The position numbers and the translations under genes are program-made. A DNA stretch of 64,000 nucleotides from Eledone cirrhosa (lineage: Eukaryota): positions 93,558,001 through 93,622,000 of the forward strand of contig OZ024744.1 in NCBI GenBank assembly GCA_964016885.1, written 5' to 3'. Each line of letters begins with the position of its first letter. The stretch's first letter is position 1. Shown piece after piece: positions 37,266-49,613 of this stretch. The notes beneath the pieces were generated by a model. The model was not told the origin of the DNA and ran no database searches. It saw only the letters and a program-made list of their open reading frames with translations.

Positions 37266-39768
37266 GTATTTCTTTATTAGCCACAAGGGCGTACAAGAAA
37301 AGGGACAAAACAATGGCACATGCTGAGGATTTTACATACAGTCGTGTAAAAATATGAAACAAACAAATATAACAATCGAAATCCCCAATAGGGGCGAGGC
37401 GCCACAAATGGGTTGTTTAATACCCCGTCGATAGTACAACTCTCAACTTCAGGAGCATGTTGTGCAAGTGTTCCTTTCTTTTTTTGCTCTCTTCTTCAAC
37501 CTACAAGCTTATAAACAGAGAAGGCCCAATCACTCGAGCCATTTTTGCCACATTCACCCACGTTTCAGTAAATTTACTGGGGTGCAGTACCTCTCTCTCC
37601 ACTCTGATTCTCCTTCTAAAGTGATACTTAAAGAAGGGAATCAATTGTTGTCCGGAGAGAAAGGCATCTGTCCTCAGTCCTCTCAATCTCGTCCACCATA
37701 TAACTTCTTTCACCATAGCCACCGTACAGAGGAAAACCGCCTCCTTACTATGGACTCGGCAGTCAACTGGATTTGTCCCATATGCCACAGCAGTTTTTCT
37801 GTGTAGTTCCACAGGTAGCTTATGCCCGGGCAGTTTCAATGTCCTGCCCGTATCTTGGACACATCCTCTTGGAAGGATCCCTGCCGGGGCATCCGTGCTT
37901 GTAGATCTTGTCACGAACTGGTAGAGCTCCTTGGTAGCACTGCCAGGCCAGGGACCTCTGGAAGTTGTCCATAGGTCCCGGGCAGAAAGTCCTACCAAAC
38001 AGACTCATGAGTTCATCGTCTTCGACGCCTAGAGTCTCTCCAAGCACGTCGTCGCCCTTGTAACGTACTAACGCTCTATAGAATGTCGAAGTGGAGTCTC
38101 CACTGATTGCTGTGCCTGCTTGACAGAGGACTGTGAGCGCCTGAGCGCATTCAATGTGCCAGGCGCCCATCTTCTTCGGTCTCCGCTTGACCCAGGACTG
38201 CAGCTCTGTCAGTGAAGCAAGTTTCGGGAAGGCCTGTCTCACAGACGGTGCCCACACCGGTTGGGGGTCGGTGAGGAATACCTGTAAATGCCGTAGCCTC
38301 AGCACATGTTTGCGTATCATCAGCCATGGCATTCCCAGCCCTCCGTTGGAAGGGTGCTGACAGCAGACGGATCTCCTCACCAGTGGAGCCTGCTTCTTCC
38401 ACAGGAACTGGAAGAGCATACGTTCCATCTTGGCGAGGTGTTCACGGGGACAAGGCACGACAGTCAAGCAGTAGTAGATGACGGACGCTATAAAAGTGTT
38501 CGCCACCTCCACTCGACCTTTCAAGGATAGTTTGCACTCTGCCCACTTTTGGATGAGCGCAAATACCTTGGCCATGACCTCATTCCAGTTTTTCTCCACT
38601 TGAAGGTCCAGACCGAACCAGACTCCGAGCAATTTCACCGGTCTGTCCATCCAGCGTCCGACGACGCTGTCGGACGGCAACGGTTTGCCTCTCCATGTTC
38701 CGAGTTGCAAACGCATAATTGCGAACGGCTCCGACAGGTAGCCGTTCACCTTGACCATCGAGCAGATGTTGATGTGCATTGCGGCGATCCAGCCTCTGAA
38801 AACGGGTCTGAAACCGGTCGCCTTGAGAACTGTTTCCAAGTATTGATGGTCGACCCTATCGAACGCCTTAGACTGATCTAAATTGATCAGAGCCCCACCG
38901 AAGCCGGGTTTACACCCACTCTCTCATGAGGTGGAGGTTGTCATGTATGGACCTGGTTGGGATTGCACACGTTTGTGCTTCCCTCGACGATAAGCACCAA
39001 CCTCGTTGCCAACACCTTGGCCAAAATCTTTAACTCTGTGTTGAGCAGAGTTATGGGCCTAATATTGTTTAGTTTGTCCCCCTTGTTCTCATCTTTCCTG
39101 ATCAGCGTTACTACGCCCCTGCCTGCAGAACTGGGAATTCTCCCGTTCTGCTGCCAATTGCAGTAGACGGCTTCGAGGATGCCAGAGAACAAGTCCAGCA
39201 TGCCTATGTAAAACTCATAGTGTAGACCATCTAGACTGGGTGATTTGCGTTTCCCGCAACGGCCAGAGTGTCCCGTATCTCAGTGGCTGTGATCGGTCTT
39301 TCGCAGAACTCGGCGTCCATGTTCGAGAGACGCAGCAGGCCATCGAGGTAAGAACCGAAGTCCATTACCCCATTCGACGTACCACTACTCTGTTCAAACA
39401 ATTGCGCAAAGTGCGTACATCCGCTTTGGGTCAAGTAGCATGCGTCCGTTTTGGTCTTTCAAAGACTGAATCATCGACTTGTTGCCACTCTTTGCCTCTG
39501 CCACTCGGGCCCAGCTAACAGCATTCGCTCCTTCATTTCCTAGAGCATATGATTTACTCCTGACCACGCAGCCTTCGTGTTTCGCGCCGAAGAACTGGTC
39601 CAGTGCCGTTCTCGTTGCTAGCACTCTAGCTACGTTGTCACTCCTAAGCGCCTCTTCTACTTTGGCTACTAGTTCCGTTTCTGTTTTGTTTTTCTCTAAG
39701 GCTAACTCTCTGCTAAAGTCTATCGACTCTACTCTAATTGCTTTCTTGAGGGAGTACCACCATCTATT
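37266..39768 (-). mobile_element. 5'-truncated, decayed Tx1/L1-clade LINE
   Basis: RT remnants NIRPITLLNTELKILAKVLATRL, LDQSKAFDRVDHQYL, VKLLGVWFG, LSLKGRVEVAN, GGLGMP; GATA repeats on both sides. Confidence 0.9.
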
Positions 39769-39811
39769 GTAGATAGATAAGTAGATAGATACATTCATAC
39801 ATACATACATA

Positions 39812-40380
39812 CATGGTGGCTGCCAACTCGTTTTCGAGTACGGCCACTACTTTATATCCATATAGGAGAACCCCTAGCGATGCGCTGAACAAGTGTGACT
39901 TTTTAGTCCAGCCAGCGACTTGAAAACTCTAGTACAAACACTACACTTGTGACAATTATTGACACATAGTGCTGGGCCCATGGTACCATGTGACGACAAG
40001 TGCAGAGAGATCTCCAGATATAAAGCAATGCCTGTGCCGTGAAGCTTTTATAGTGAGCAAAGGCACTGCACAAAGCCAGTCCCACTCTCTTAACCAAGAT
40101 GATATTTACCAAAAAGAAGAACAAGTCAACATCATTAGATACCATCAGAGTTGCAGGTGTTATATCAGAGTTTTCCTTCTCCTAGAATTCTGCCTTGACA
40201 AAGGCTAAGGGGTCATCTCTCCCGGTGATTTTGGATGGCCATTGGCTCTTAAGAGCTCCTTTGACAGGTTTTGTTTTTAGTCCTGCAGGGTGTCCAAAGT
40301 CATCCTCCTCACCAAGAAACCTTGGTGGGGTTGCCAGTTTAGTCGCCAACGACCCGACCATGAGACAGGTTGTACTGGGA
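39812..40380 (-). mobile_element. Complete short RTE-derived element type A (~570 bp) within (CATA)n
   Basis: Shares the CTAGGAGAAGG(A/C)AACTC and GTGGGA(C/T)TGGCT motifs with the RTE 5'UTR; ends GGCAGCCACCATG(TATG)n; no ORF. Confidence 0.8.
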
Positions 40381-40849
40381 TACATACATACATACATACA
40401 TACATACATACATACATACATACATACATACAAACATAGATATCTAGATATAAATAGACAGATGAATGGATAGACATACAGACGTATAGCCAGACGAATA
40501 GACAGACAGACCAACAGAGAGACAGACAAATGCACAAAGAGAAAAATAGAAATTATTTGAATGATTATATGCATCAATGATCATTTCAACAGCTACCTTT
40601 CTATTTACAATGGTTTTGCACCCTGCCCCTCCCCCACACACATACACATTCATATTTACACTGACATAGACATATACACACATTCACACACTCAAAATTG
40701 CCATTATTTATTTTCAATACTAACATATGTTGCAAATATTCAGCTAATATTCTGAAAGAAAAACAAAAAAAAACAAAAAACGACCATCAATTCACCACCA
40801 AGTGCAATAATCGGTCACACATCACAAGAGTCAATGGAATATTTTGAGA

Positions 40850-41995
40850 CATGCCAATACAGTTGCAGCATTACCACAGGTGATGGGGAGGCTACGGTAC
40901 TAAAACAACCAGGTACCCTCACAGACATCACTTGACACCTCAGTAAGGCTGGGTGATGGCGAGGCTAAGACGCTGAAACAACCAGGTACCCTCACAGGCA
41001 TCACTTGACACCTCAGTAAGGCCGGGTGATGGCGAGGCTAAGACGCTGAAACAACCAGGTACCCTCACAGGAATCACTTGACACCTCAGTAAGGCCGGGT
41101 GATGGCGAGGCTAAGACGCTGAAACAACCAGGTACCCTCACAGGCATCACTTGACACCTCAGTAAGGCCGGGTGATGGCGAGGCTAAGACGCTGAAACAA
41201 CCAGGTACCCTCACAGGCATCACTTGACACCTCAGTAAGGCCGGGTGATGGCGAGGCTAAGGCGCTGAAAAAACCAGGTACCCTCACAGGTATCACCTGA
41301 CACCTCAGTGAGGCTGAGTGATGGGGAGGCTAAAGTACTGAAACTACCAGGTACCCTCACAGACATTACTTGACACCTCAGTAAGGCCGGGTGATGGCGA
41401 GGCTAAGGTACTGAAACAATCAGACACTGCGACGGGCTTCACTTGACACCTCGATAAGGTGAGCCACTAACGATGACAAGAACTTCACTTGACATCGGCC
41501 CAGCTCCACCAAATATCTTGAATGCCACAGGCTGAAAAAATAGTTATTTGATAGATCCTTGTAATTTGGGATTTTATTTTGTTCGGCAATGGAAGCAGTG
41601 GCCCTCACATTTACCGCAACATCATGATGCTGGAGGGAGCAAAAAAAGTCACTGACTGTGGCATCCCAGATGAGACACCTGCCTTTTACCCAGGGACAAA
41701 GGGTAAGACCGTCTTGTCTCTTCCCATCACTTCTGGATAATCCAACCAGCTCCAGAACTGAAGGGATATTTTACCTGAGCTAGGGCCCATTTGATGATCA
41801 GGTTTAGCTCGGTGTGGCAGGTGAAATGACCAGCATTCAGGCAACAAGACCTCCAATCATTGAGGCCTGTGGAGTCAAGGGGCCTACTAAAGCAACATCT
41901 CAGACCCTCCCTCGCCACCACACATATCAGCTCCCACACGGAGTGTAATAGAGATGTAAACAGACCTGTCAACTCTCCCTATCAGACAGAGAGAT
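40850..41995 (-). mobile_element. CRE-like RLE retrotransposon 3' fragment
   Basis: Minus strand HTELNLIIKWAL, DGKRQDGLTLCPWVKGRCLIWDATVSD, AEQNKIPNYKDL, WLFQRLSLAIT, GNAATVL. Confidence 0.8.
40878..41420. repeat. 73-bp minisatellite, about 7.5 units
   Basis: gggtgatggcgagg recurs at 40951, 41024, 41097 and onward (period 73). Confidence 0.95.
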
Positions 41996-42277
41996 CTCCC
42001 ACCAACTTTGGGCTGGGTGAAAGATGTTTTCTCTTGTAAAAATGGGTATAGCTTTCATTATGTAAAATCTCCCCATTTTGCCTCATTTCTCCCATTTTGA
42101 GGCATTTTTTTCATGGTACTCCCAGTTTGGCAGTTAGAGCTTGAGAAGACCACCAATGTTGGCCATAGGTAGGACATCAACCCAGTCCTCCGAGAATTTT
42201 GTGCTTGCAGAAAATAAGCGACACCTTGAAAATTGATCAGATTAACCAAAGAGAGAGTTGAAGGTGTCTTTCGCTTT

Positions 42278-42440
42278 ATGGCCCTTTACGTTCTGAGTTC
42301 AAATCCTGCCGAGGTTAACTTTGCTTTTCATCCTTACAGGGTCGATAAAATAATGTACCAGTAATATACTGAGTTTGAGTTAATCGACTTTTCCATCCCC
42401 TTCAAATTACTGGCCTTGTGCCTATACTAGAAATCATTAT
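42278..42440 (+). mobile_element. 5'-truncated family-A SINE
   Basis: Matches the SINE A consensus. Confidence 0.85.
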
Positions 42441-42624
42441 ATGTGTTTATATTTTCATTCTGTAAGAATTATAATCATAATCTGCAGTTTGGAAAATGTG
42501 TATTATATATCTGCTTGATTAAAAATATTTCAATGATATTCTAAAATATTGCGAGAAAATTCTAACAGAGCTATTCATCAGTAAACATGATACTACGATA
42601 TTATGTATGTTTTCACATATGTTT

Positions 42625-45103
42625 TCATTGCAGGTGACTTCAATCACCCTGAGATTGACTGGGAGACCTTTCGTTGGCCGCCAAGTGCAAATGACTTCCT
42701 CGAGCTGGTGCTGGACTCGAGTTGGTCCCAGGTGGTCACCTCCCCAACGAGAGGTGACAACACTTTGGACCTACTCTTCACCACTACTCCTGAAACGGTC
42801 ATTAGTGTTACTGCTGAGGAACCTTTAGGTGACTCTGATCATGCTATGATCATTGCCAATCTATCCCTCATGGGCAGTAACAAGAACCACAACCATCTCC
42901 AAACTGCTCACTTTGACTGGAATAAAGCAGACTGGAACTGTTACTGCACCGAGTTGCAACGGCCAAACTGGCTTGAGTTCTACGACTCTGGAGATGTCAA
43001 CACTGTACTCCAGAACATCCTGAGCTCAATATGGACAGCATGTGCAGCATCGGTGCCACGTGAGCAGAAAAAACATCCCAAAAGCGCAATTTGGGAGACT
43101 GCAGCAGTCCATCTTGCCAGAAAAGAACGGCGCAATGCTGAACGTGAGTACAAACTTCACAATCAGACATTAATAGGAAGAGGCGAAATAGATCGTCCAA
43201 CCACCTCAAACAGGTGACAAAAAAGGCAGTGCTTCAATTTGAGCAGCGCATAGCAACCAGCCCTGACAGTAAGGTGTTCTGGAAGTATGTTCACTCAAAG
43301 CAGAGGCCTCACTCTCCAGTTGGTCCTCTTCGCAATCCCCACACAAGCCAGGTTACTGACGACCCCAAGGAATGCGCAGAGCTCATTGCTGAATGCTATG
43401 CAGGCATTTTCACTATTGAAGACCAGAGTGTGCCATCTCCACCACCTATGACACCGGACTCTATTACAACCATGGAATTTACACCTGCAATGCTGCGACG
43501 TCACCTAAAAAATAAACGCAACCATGCCTCTCCTGGTCTTGATGGTGTTACGTACCTGCTTCTTAAACGTGGTGGGTACTTCCTTCTACACCAGTTATCA
43601 CGCTTCTTCCAATTCTGTCTGAACAACAGTGCTACTCCAGAACAGTGGAAAACTGCTAGTGTCATTCCTCTGTTCAAAAAGGGTGACCGCACATCACCTG
43701 TGAACTATCGTCCAGTCAGTCTTACTAGTTGCATCGCCAAACTGATGGAATCCTGTGTCAGGGAAACACTTTGGAACTTCTGGAGCTCTCACAGTCTTAT
43801 CCGGCCCTCACAATTTGGATTTATCCCCAACTCCAGCTGCTGTGATCAACTTATAGAGTTTCTTGAGGACATCACCCGGATCACTGATGGCGGCTCATGG
43901 GTGGATGTTGTTTACCTTGACTTTGCGAAGGCCTTCAATTCTGTCCCACACAAAAGGCTTATAGCAAAACTCTCTGCAATGGGTGTGAGGGATGATCTTT
44001 TTAACTGGTTGAAGTCCTTCATTCTCAGTCGAAGAGAGGTAGTCACGGTTCTGGGACAGCATTCCTCACCATATGAGATGTCATCTGGTGTACCACAGGG
44101 ATCTGTTCTTGGCCCCCTTTTGTTTGTGGCATATATTAATGACATAGATGCCAACTTAAGGAATGCCACAGTACTAAAGTACGCAGACAACATCAAGCTG
44201 TACCTTGAGATAAAAAGGACAGATCCTGAACACTATAGATCTTGCTTGCAGTCTGACCTGGACACAATGCAACAATGGATCTCAGACTGGCAACTCAAGC
44301 TAGCTGTGGACAAGTGCACCACCATGCATTTTGGGAGTAAAAACCCAGCGTCCACATACTCCCTCCACAGCACTAATATCAAGAAGTCTTCCTGTGAACG
44401 TGACCTGGGCATTACAGTCAGCAGCGATTTGTGTTGGACGAGGCACGTCTCTAAAATTGTCAAGAAGGCCGAGGGTGTCTTAGCATCACTCAGCAAGACC
44501 TTTGTCAGCCGCTCTCCAGATATCTATTTAAGGCTGTATACAGCTATGGTGCGACCACACTTAGAATTTGCATCACCAGTCTGGAACCCCTATCTTGCTC
44601 AGGACATTGACCGCCTGGAAACTGTTCAGAGACGTGCAACCAAGCGAATACCCTCCATCAGGCATCTACCATACTCTGAGCGCCTTGCTTCCCTGGGCAT
44701 GGATTCATTGAAGCTCCGACGCCTGGCAACTGACTTGGTAAACACCCACAAAATTGTTAACCATGTTGCCAACAACAACCCTGAGTATCTTTTTGATTTC
44801 CATGTGTCTAACACACATGGACATGCCCACAAAGTAAGAAAACAGCACAGTTCCCATGACTTTCTGAAACATTTTTTCACGCTCAGAGTTGCTGAAGCAT
44901 GGAACAAACTACCTGCATCAGTTGTTAACTGTCGAGACACTGCATCCTTTAAGGCCTCCATGCTTCCCGAGATCCGCCAACACTACAGCTAACACATACA
45001 CACATGTACTTCCCTGACATTTGTGTATTATTCTATGTACTATATTGACGAGTTGTGGTGCACCTGAGCACTTTACACAATAATTTCATTATTATTATTA
45101 TTA
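42625..45103 (+). mobile_element. 5'-truncated CR1-clade LINE with an (ATT)n tail
   Basis: APE C-terminus (AGDFNHP, PTRGDNTLDL, GDSDH), RT (NYRPVSLTS, YLDFAKAF, GVPQGSVLGPLLF), ERDLGI, RPHLEFASPVWNP; one frameshift near 43190. Confidence 0.95.
43214..44992 (+). pseudogene. CR1 ORF2 reverse-transcriptase part; catalytic YADD reads YADN
   Basis: 592-codon open frame; LKYADNIKLY. Confidence 0.9.
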
Positions 45104-45310
45104 TATACATGTGACAGCACACACATATTTGTGTGTGTATGTATGTGTATATATATATGTAATGTGTGTGTGTGTTTATATATATATATATATATATTCT
45201 ATATCTCTATATATATATATCATATTTATATATATATATATAAATTAATATATATATATATATATATATATATTAATAAAAATAATGAATAAAAACAAAA
45301 AAACTGTTCC

Positions 45311-47400
45311 TTATATTAAAAAATTCATCATTTTACGATCGTTTCTAGGATATATATGTGTGTGTTGGTATGTATATCATATAGATCTATGTAAAATTTT
45401 TACAAACTATCAGAGGGAATATACATACCTACACATATATATGCTGTCTTCAGAAATAATTATTTCTACTTTTGGCACAAGGCCAGCAATTAACCAGTGC
45501 ATTACTGGTACTAAATAATGATATTTGTTTATTGAAAAAAACCAACAAAGATTTAATTTAATATGTCTGTCTGTTTGGGAACAGGTTTTGAATTGACCAA
45601 TAGAAAGGTAGTAAGAGGTCAAGATGATAGAATAGTAGTAATAGAAATTTAATTTAGGGGTAGAGGGAAGCAGACTTCAGTTTTGAATGGAAAGAGTATT
45701 TTGAATGAAAAGATTACTTTGGGAATGAAAATAGGTCAAGCCGGTGAAAGGTACACGAAAATTTGATGTTATAAAAGAATAATGCTAAAGTAAAAATGTT
45801 ACAAACTATCAGAGGGAATATACATACCTACACATATATATGCTGTCTTCAGAAATAATTGTTTCTACTTTAGGCACAATAATGATATTTGTTTATTGAA
45901 AAACACCCACAAAGATTTAATATAATAGGTCTGTTTGGGAACAGGTTTTGAATTGACCAATAGAATAAAATTTTAGGATAAATGTGTTAGTGAGAAATAC
46001 CAATCTTATTTAAAACATAAGGAATTTAGATCTATAAAAAGAAATTAAATTAATTTAATTGATAGGAATAAATTTATATTAATTGATAGGGATAAATTTA
46101 TATTAATTCATATAGATGTGATAAATAAGAGTTAGATGTTATTAAAGAATGTTGTTAAAAACGAAGGAAAAAATTTTTTTGGGGGATAAATGTATTAGTG
46201 AGAAATAACAAACTTATATAGATTACAAGGAATTTAGATTCATAATAGGAAATTAAAATAGTTTATATGTATACTTATAGGTATTAATTTTAGGAAAAGA
46301 TAGCTGTAAAAGGGAAATAAAATTATGAAGTTCTCAGTAGTAAAATACTAATTATAGGTTAACTAAATTTAAAAAAATAAAAAAAAAACTAATTATAATA
46401 ATTTGTAAAATAAAAGTGTATATTAATTAGGTTTATAATATTTGAAAGTTAATATACACTTTTATTTTACAAATTATTATAATTATTTTTTTTTAAGTTT
46501 TTTTTAATTTAGTCTATATATATAAGTTTGTTATTTCTCACTAATACATTTATCCCCCCCCCCCCCAATTTTTTTTCCTTCGTTTTTAACAATATTCTTT
46601 AATAACATCTAACTCTTATTTATCACATCTATATGAATTAATATAAATTTATCCCTATAAGTATACCTATCAATTAAATTAATTTAATTTCTTTTTATAG
46701 ATCTAAATTCCTTGTGTTTTAAATAAGATTGGTATTTTCTCACTAACACTTTTATCCTAAAATTTTATTCTCCTTCGATTTTAACATTAGCATTATTCTT
46801 TAATAACATCAAATTTTCGTGTACCTTTCACCGGCTTGACCTCTTTTCATCCCCAAAGTAATCTTTTCATTCAAAGTATTATTTCCATTCAAAACTGAAG
46901 TCTGCATTCCTCTATCCCTAAATTAAATTTCTACTACTATTCTATCAACTTGACCGACCACTTACTACTCTTCTATTAGTCAATTCAAAACCTGTTCCCA
47001 AACAGACTTATTATATTAAATCTTTGTTGGTGTTTTTCAATAAACAAATATCATTATTTCTGAAGACAGGCGGTGGATTGGCAGTATCGGTAGAGGGTCG
47101 GACGCCATGCTTTCCAGCATAGTTACGTCCCTTTACGATCTGAGTTCAAATCCCGCCGAGGTTGACTTTGCCTTTCATCCTTACGGGGTCAATAAAATAA
47201 AGTACCAGTAATGCACTGGGTAATTGCTAGCCTTGTGCCTAAAGTAGAAACAATTATTTCTGAAGACAGCATATATATGTGTAGGTATGTATATTCTCTC
47301 TGATAGTTTGTAAAATTTCTACATAGATCTATATGATATACATACCAACACACATATATATCCTAGAAACGATCGTAAAATGATAATTTTTTAAATATAA
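45311..47400. repeat. ~2.1 kb imperfect AT-rich inverted repeat (fold-back), centre about 46427-46448
   Basis: 45311-45510 is the reverse complement of 47202-47400; 45512-45790 of 46785-47058; inner arms aattataataatttgtaaaataaaagtgtatattaa / ttaatatacacttttattttacaaattattataatt. Confidence 0.93.
47069..47252 (+). mobile_element. Full-length family-A SINE with a ~17-bp TSD
   Basis: ATTATTTCTGAAGACAG on both sides. Confidence 0.93.
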
Positions 47401-47417
47401 TATAATATAATATAATT

Positions 47418-47716
47418 TTTTTTTTTCCGTGGGACCTCCACGACCACTTTGCAGTGGAATGATATGGACCCCAGTCCCTATCATCTCATTTCTACAGCTG
47501 AGTAAACTGGAGCAATGTGAAAGGTGCCACGGCAAAAAAAAAAGCACCCAGCACTCACTGTAAAGTGGACGTGGAGGCGCCACAGAAAAAAAAGCACCCA
47601 GCCCACACTGTAAATGAGGTTGGTGTTAGGAAGGGCATCCAGCTGTAGAGATCAAGCCAGAATCAGTTCCCGTCCCACCCTTACAAGCAGGGAAAAAGCG
47701 GATGTAAAATGATGAT
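47418..47716. mobile_element. Rearranged family-B SINE (inverted halves)
   Basis: 47418-47523 matches 55574-55675 directly; 47524-47716 matches the reverse complement of 55440-55592. Confidence 0.75.
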
Positions 47717-47788
47717 TACCCACTCTACTACCTATTGAGTACTCTGGTGGGTTATGGTCCTCCTGGTATCTTACCACACCCTCTTTGT

Positions 47789-47837
<49 letters not shown>

Positions 47838-48772
47838 TATGGGTGTGTGTTTATATATATACATTCATATACTTATATATATATATTTATGTATACACAC
47901 ACAAGTACATATGTATATACACAAACACATATATATACACACACGAGCACATATGCATACAAATGAGCTAACAATGCACAACACAACATAACAAGGTTAG
48001 TTTGTTTTTTTGAGAGGTGGAAGGTGTGGGGGAGGTCTTTTTAGGATAGTCTGATGTGTAAAATAAGCCCTTAGTAAACATAGAATTAAACACCTTTCCT
48101 GTGAAAAGTAAACCATGTTGTTACATCACAGGTATTATCTCTCCACAGGCTGGAAAAAAAAAAATGGTTGGATATGTTTTCTTTTTGCTTTCAGTCTGAT
48201 AAAACCTGTGCTGTAACATCTTGGTTTACTTTTCGCATTAATGGTGCTAAATTCTGTGTTTACCAAAGGTTTATGTTACACAGCGGATTATATAATATAA
48301 ATACATGCTCAGACACTCACAAACGTTCACAAACACACTCAGAGTTAAGGTTGTTCTTTAAAATTTGCTGCCCCCCCAAAAAATATGCCATATTAACACC
48401 TCACATAATTCTTATCTTTGGCCTGTGGAGTTGTGTTTATTATTTTTCGTCAGTTTGTGTGGTGTGTATGTATATATGTATATGGGAGTCCCAGGTTCAA
48501 TTAGGGGTAACCACAGTAAGTAAAGTACTCAATACATTAGTAGAGTATATACAAAATTTAATATAGAAATGGCTTCTACAGGACTAGAAGCCATTTCTAT
48601 ATTAAATTATATATATATATATATATGTTTATTGATGGCACACACTCTCTCCCTCTAGTGTGTTATCCTTTCTACATATTGTATTTTGAAGAGTCCAAGA
48701 TTCCTTTTCCTTTGAGCACAACATTTACAGGGACTAATGCAAGTCTATGACTCTATATGTGTGTGTGGTGTG

Positions 48773-48811
<39 letters not shown>

Positions 48812-48959
48812 TCACACACATGAGCAACAGTTCTGTATGAACCAAGCAGAAGATCTTTGGCTCAGCGACTATGAGTTCATATCTTGAAATAGTTTTCTAA
48901 ACTTGAAAACATGAACCAAGATTTTTTTGAAAACATTTACTAGCAATGTTTTAGAATCC

Positions 48960-49540
48960 TGTATATCTCGGTCACAAACTATCATCAAACAACAATGGAA
49001 TGGTTGCGGTGCAGTATCGCATCGCTCTAGGTTGAGCAGCTTTCAACAAGAACAAGGAAGTACTAACATCAAAACGAGTTTCCTGTCATTTGAAGGCTAA
49101 AATCTTTAATACTTACATCCTACCAGTTGTGTTATATGGTCTTGACTGTGTTAATTGAACAACAAGGTCACTTCAGAAGCTATCTACATTCCAGAACCAC
49201 ATCATGAGACTTATGACTGGCAAGTGGCTCAGCGACCGTATCTGTATCAGTGAGCTGCTCAACATTACCAAACTTAGACTAATTACATCAATTGTCAAGT
49301 CAAGAGTACTCAAACTATATGGCCATATAAAAAGATCAACTCGTGGTGTGAGTAGGTTATGCCTGGAAGGAAAGTTGGCTGGTAATAGAAGCAGAGGTCA
49401 GCAGCCAAAATGATGGCTTGATAATGTCAACTTATGGACTGGACTTGATCTTTACTCTTTAAACTCTGCTTCTGGTGATCGAACTTTGTGGAGAGAGATA
49501 TCACATGTTGATGTGCAGTCTGCAACTGGCGGAGTTTAGC
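48960..49540 (+). mobile_element. Decayed RTE-like LINE 3' fragment
   Basis: YRIALG*AAFNK..KAKIFNTYILPVVLYG, LKLYGHIKR, GNRSRGQQPK. Confidence 0.75.
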
Positions 49541-49613
49541 GTCAAAGTAGTCAAAGAGAGATTTGATTTTTTTTCTCTCCACATTTGTCAATGTTGATTA
49601 AAATTAGAGTTGA

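Noticed and set aside
42603-42640. Splice acceptor or ATG start of a host gene
   Set aside because: It is the 5' truncation point of the CR1 endonuclease (AGDFN)
45950-46800. Nuclear mitochondrial insertion
   Set aside because: AT-rich, but I recognise no mitochondrial gene, tRNA or rRNA; needs a BLAST against the mitogenome
48085-48150. Minus-strand exon LWRDNTCDVTTWFTFHRK
   Set aside because: It is one arm of an inverted repeat and the donor site is weak
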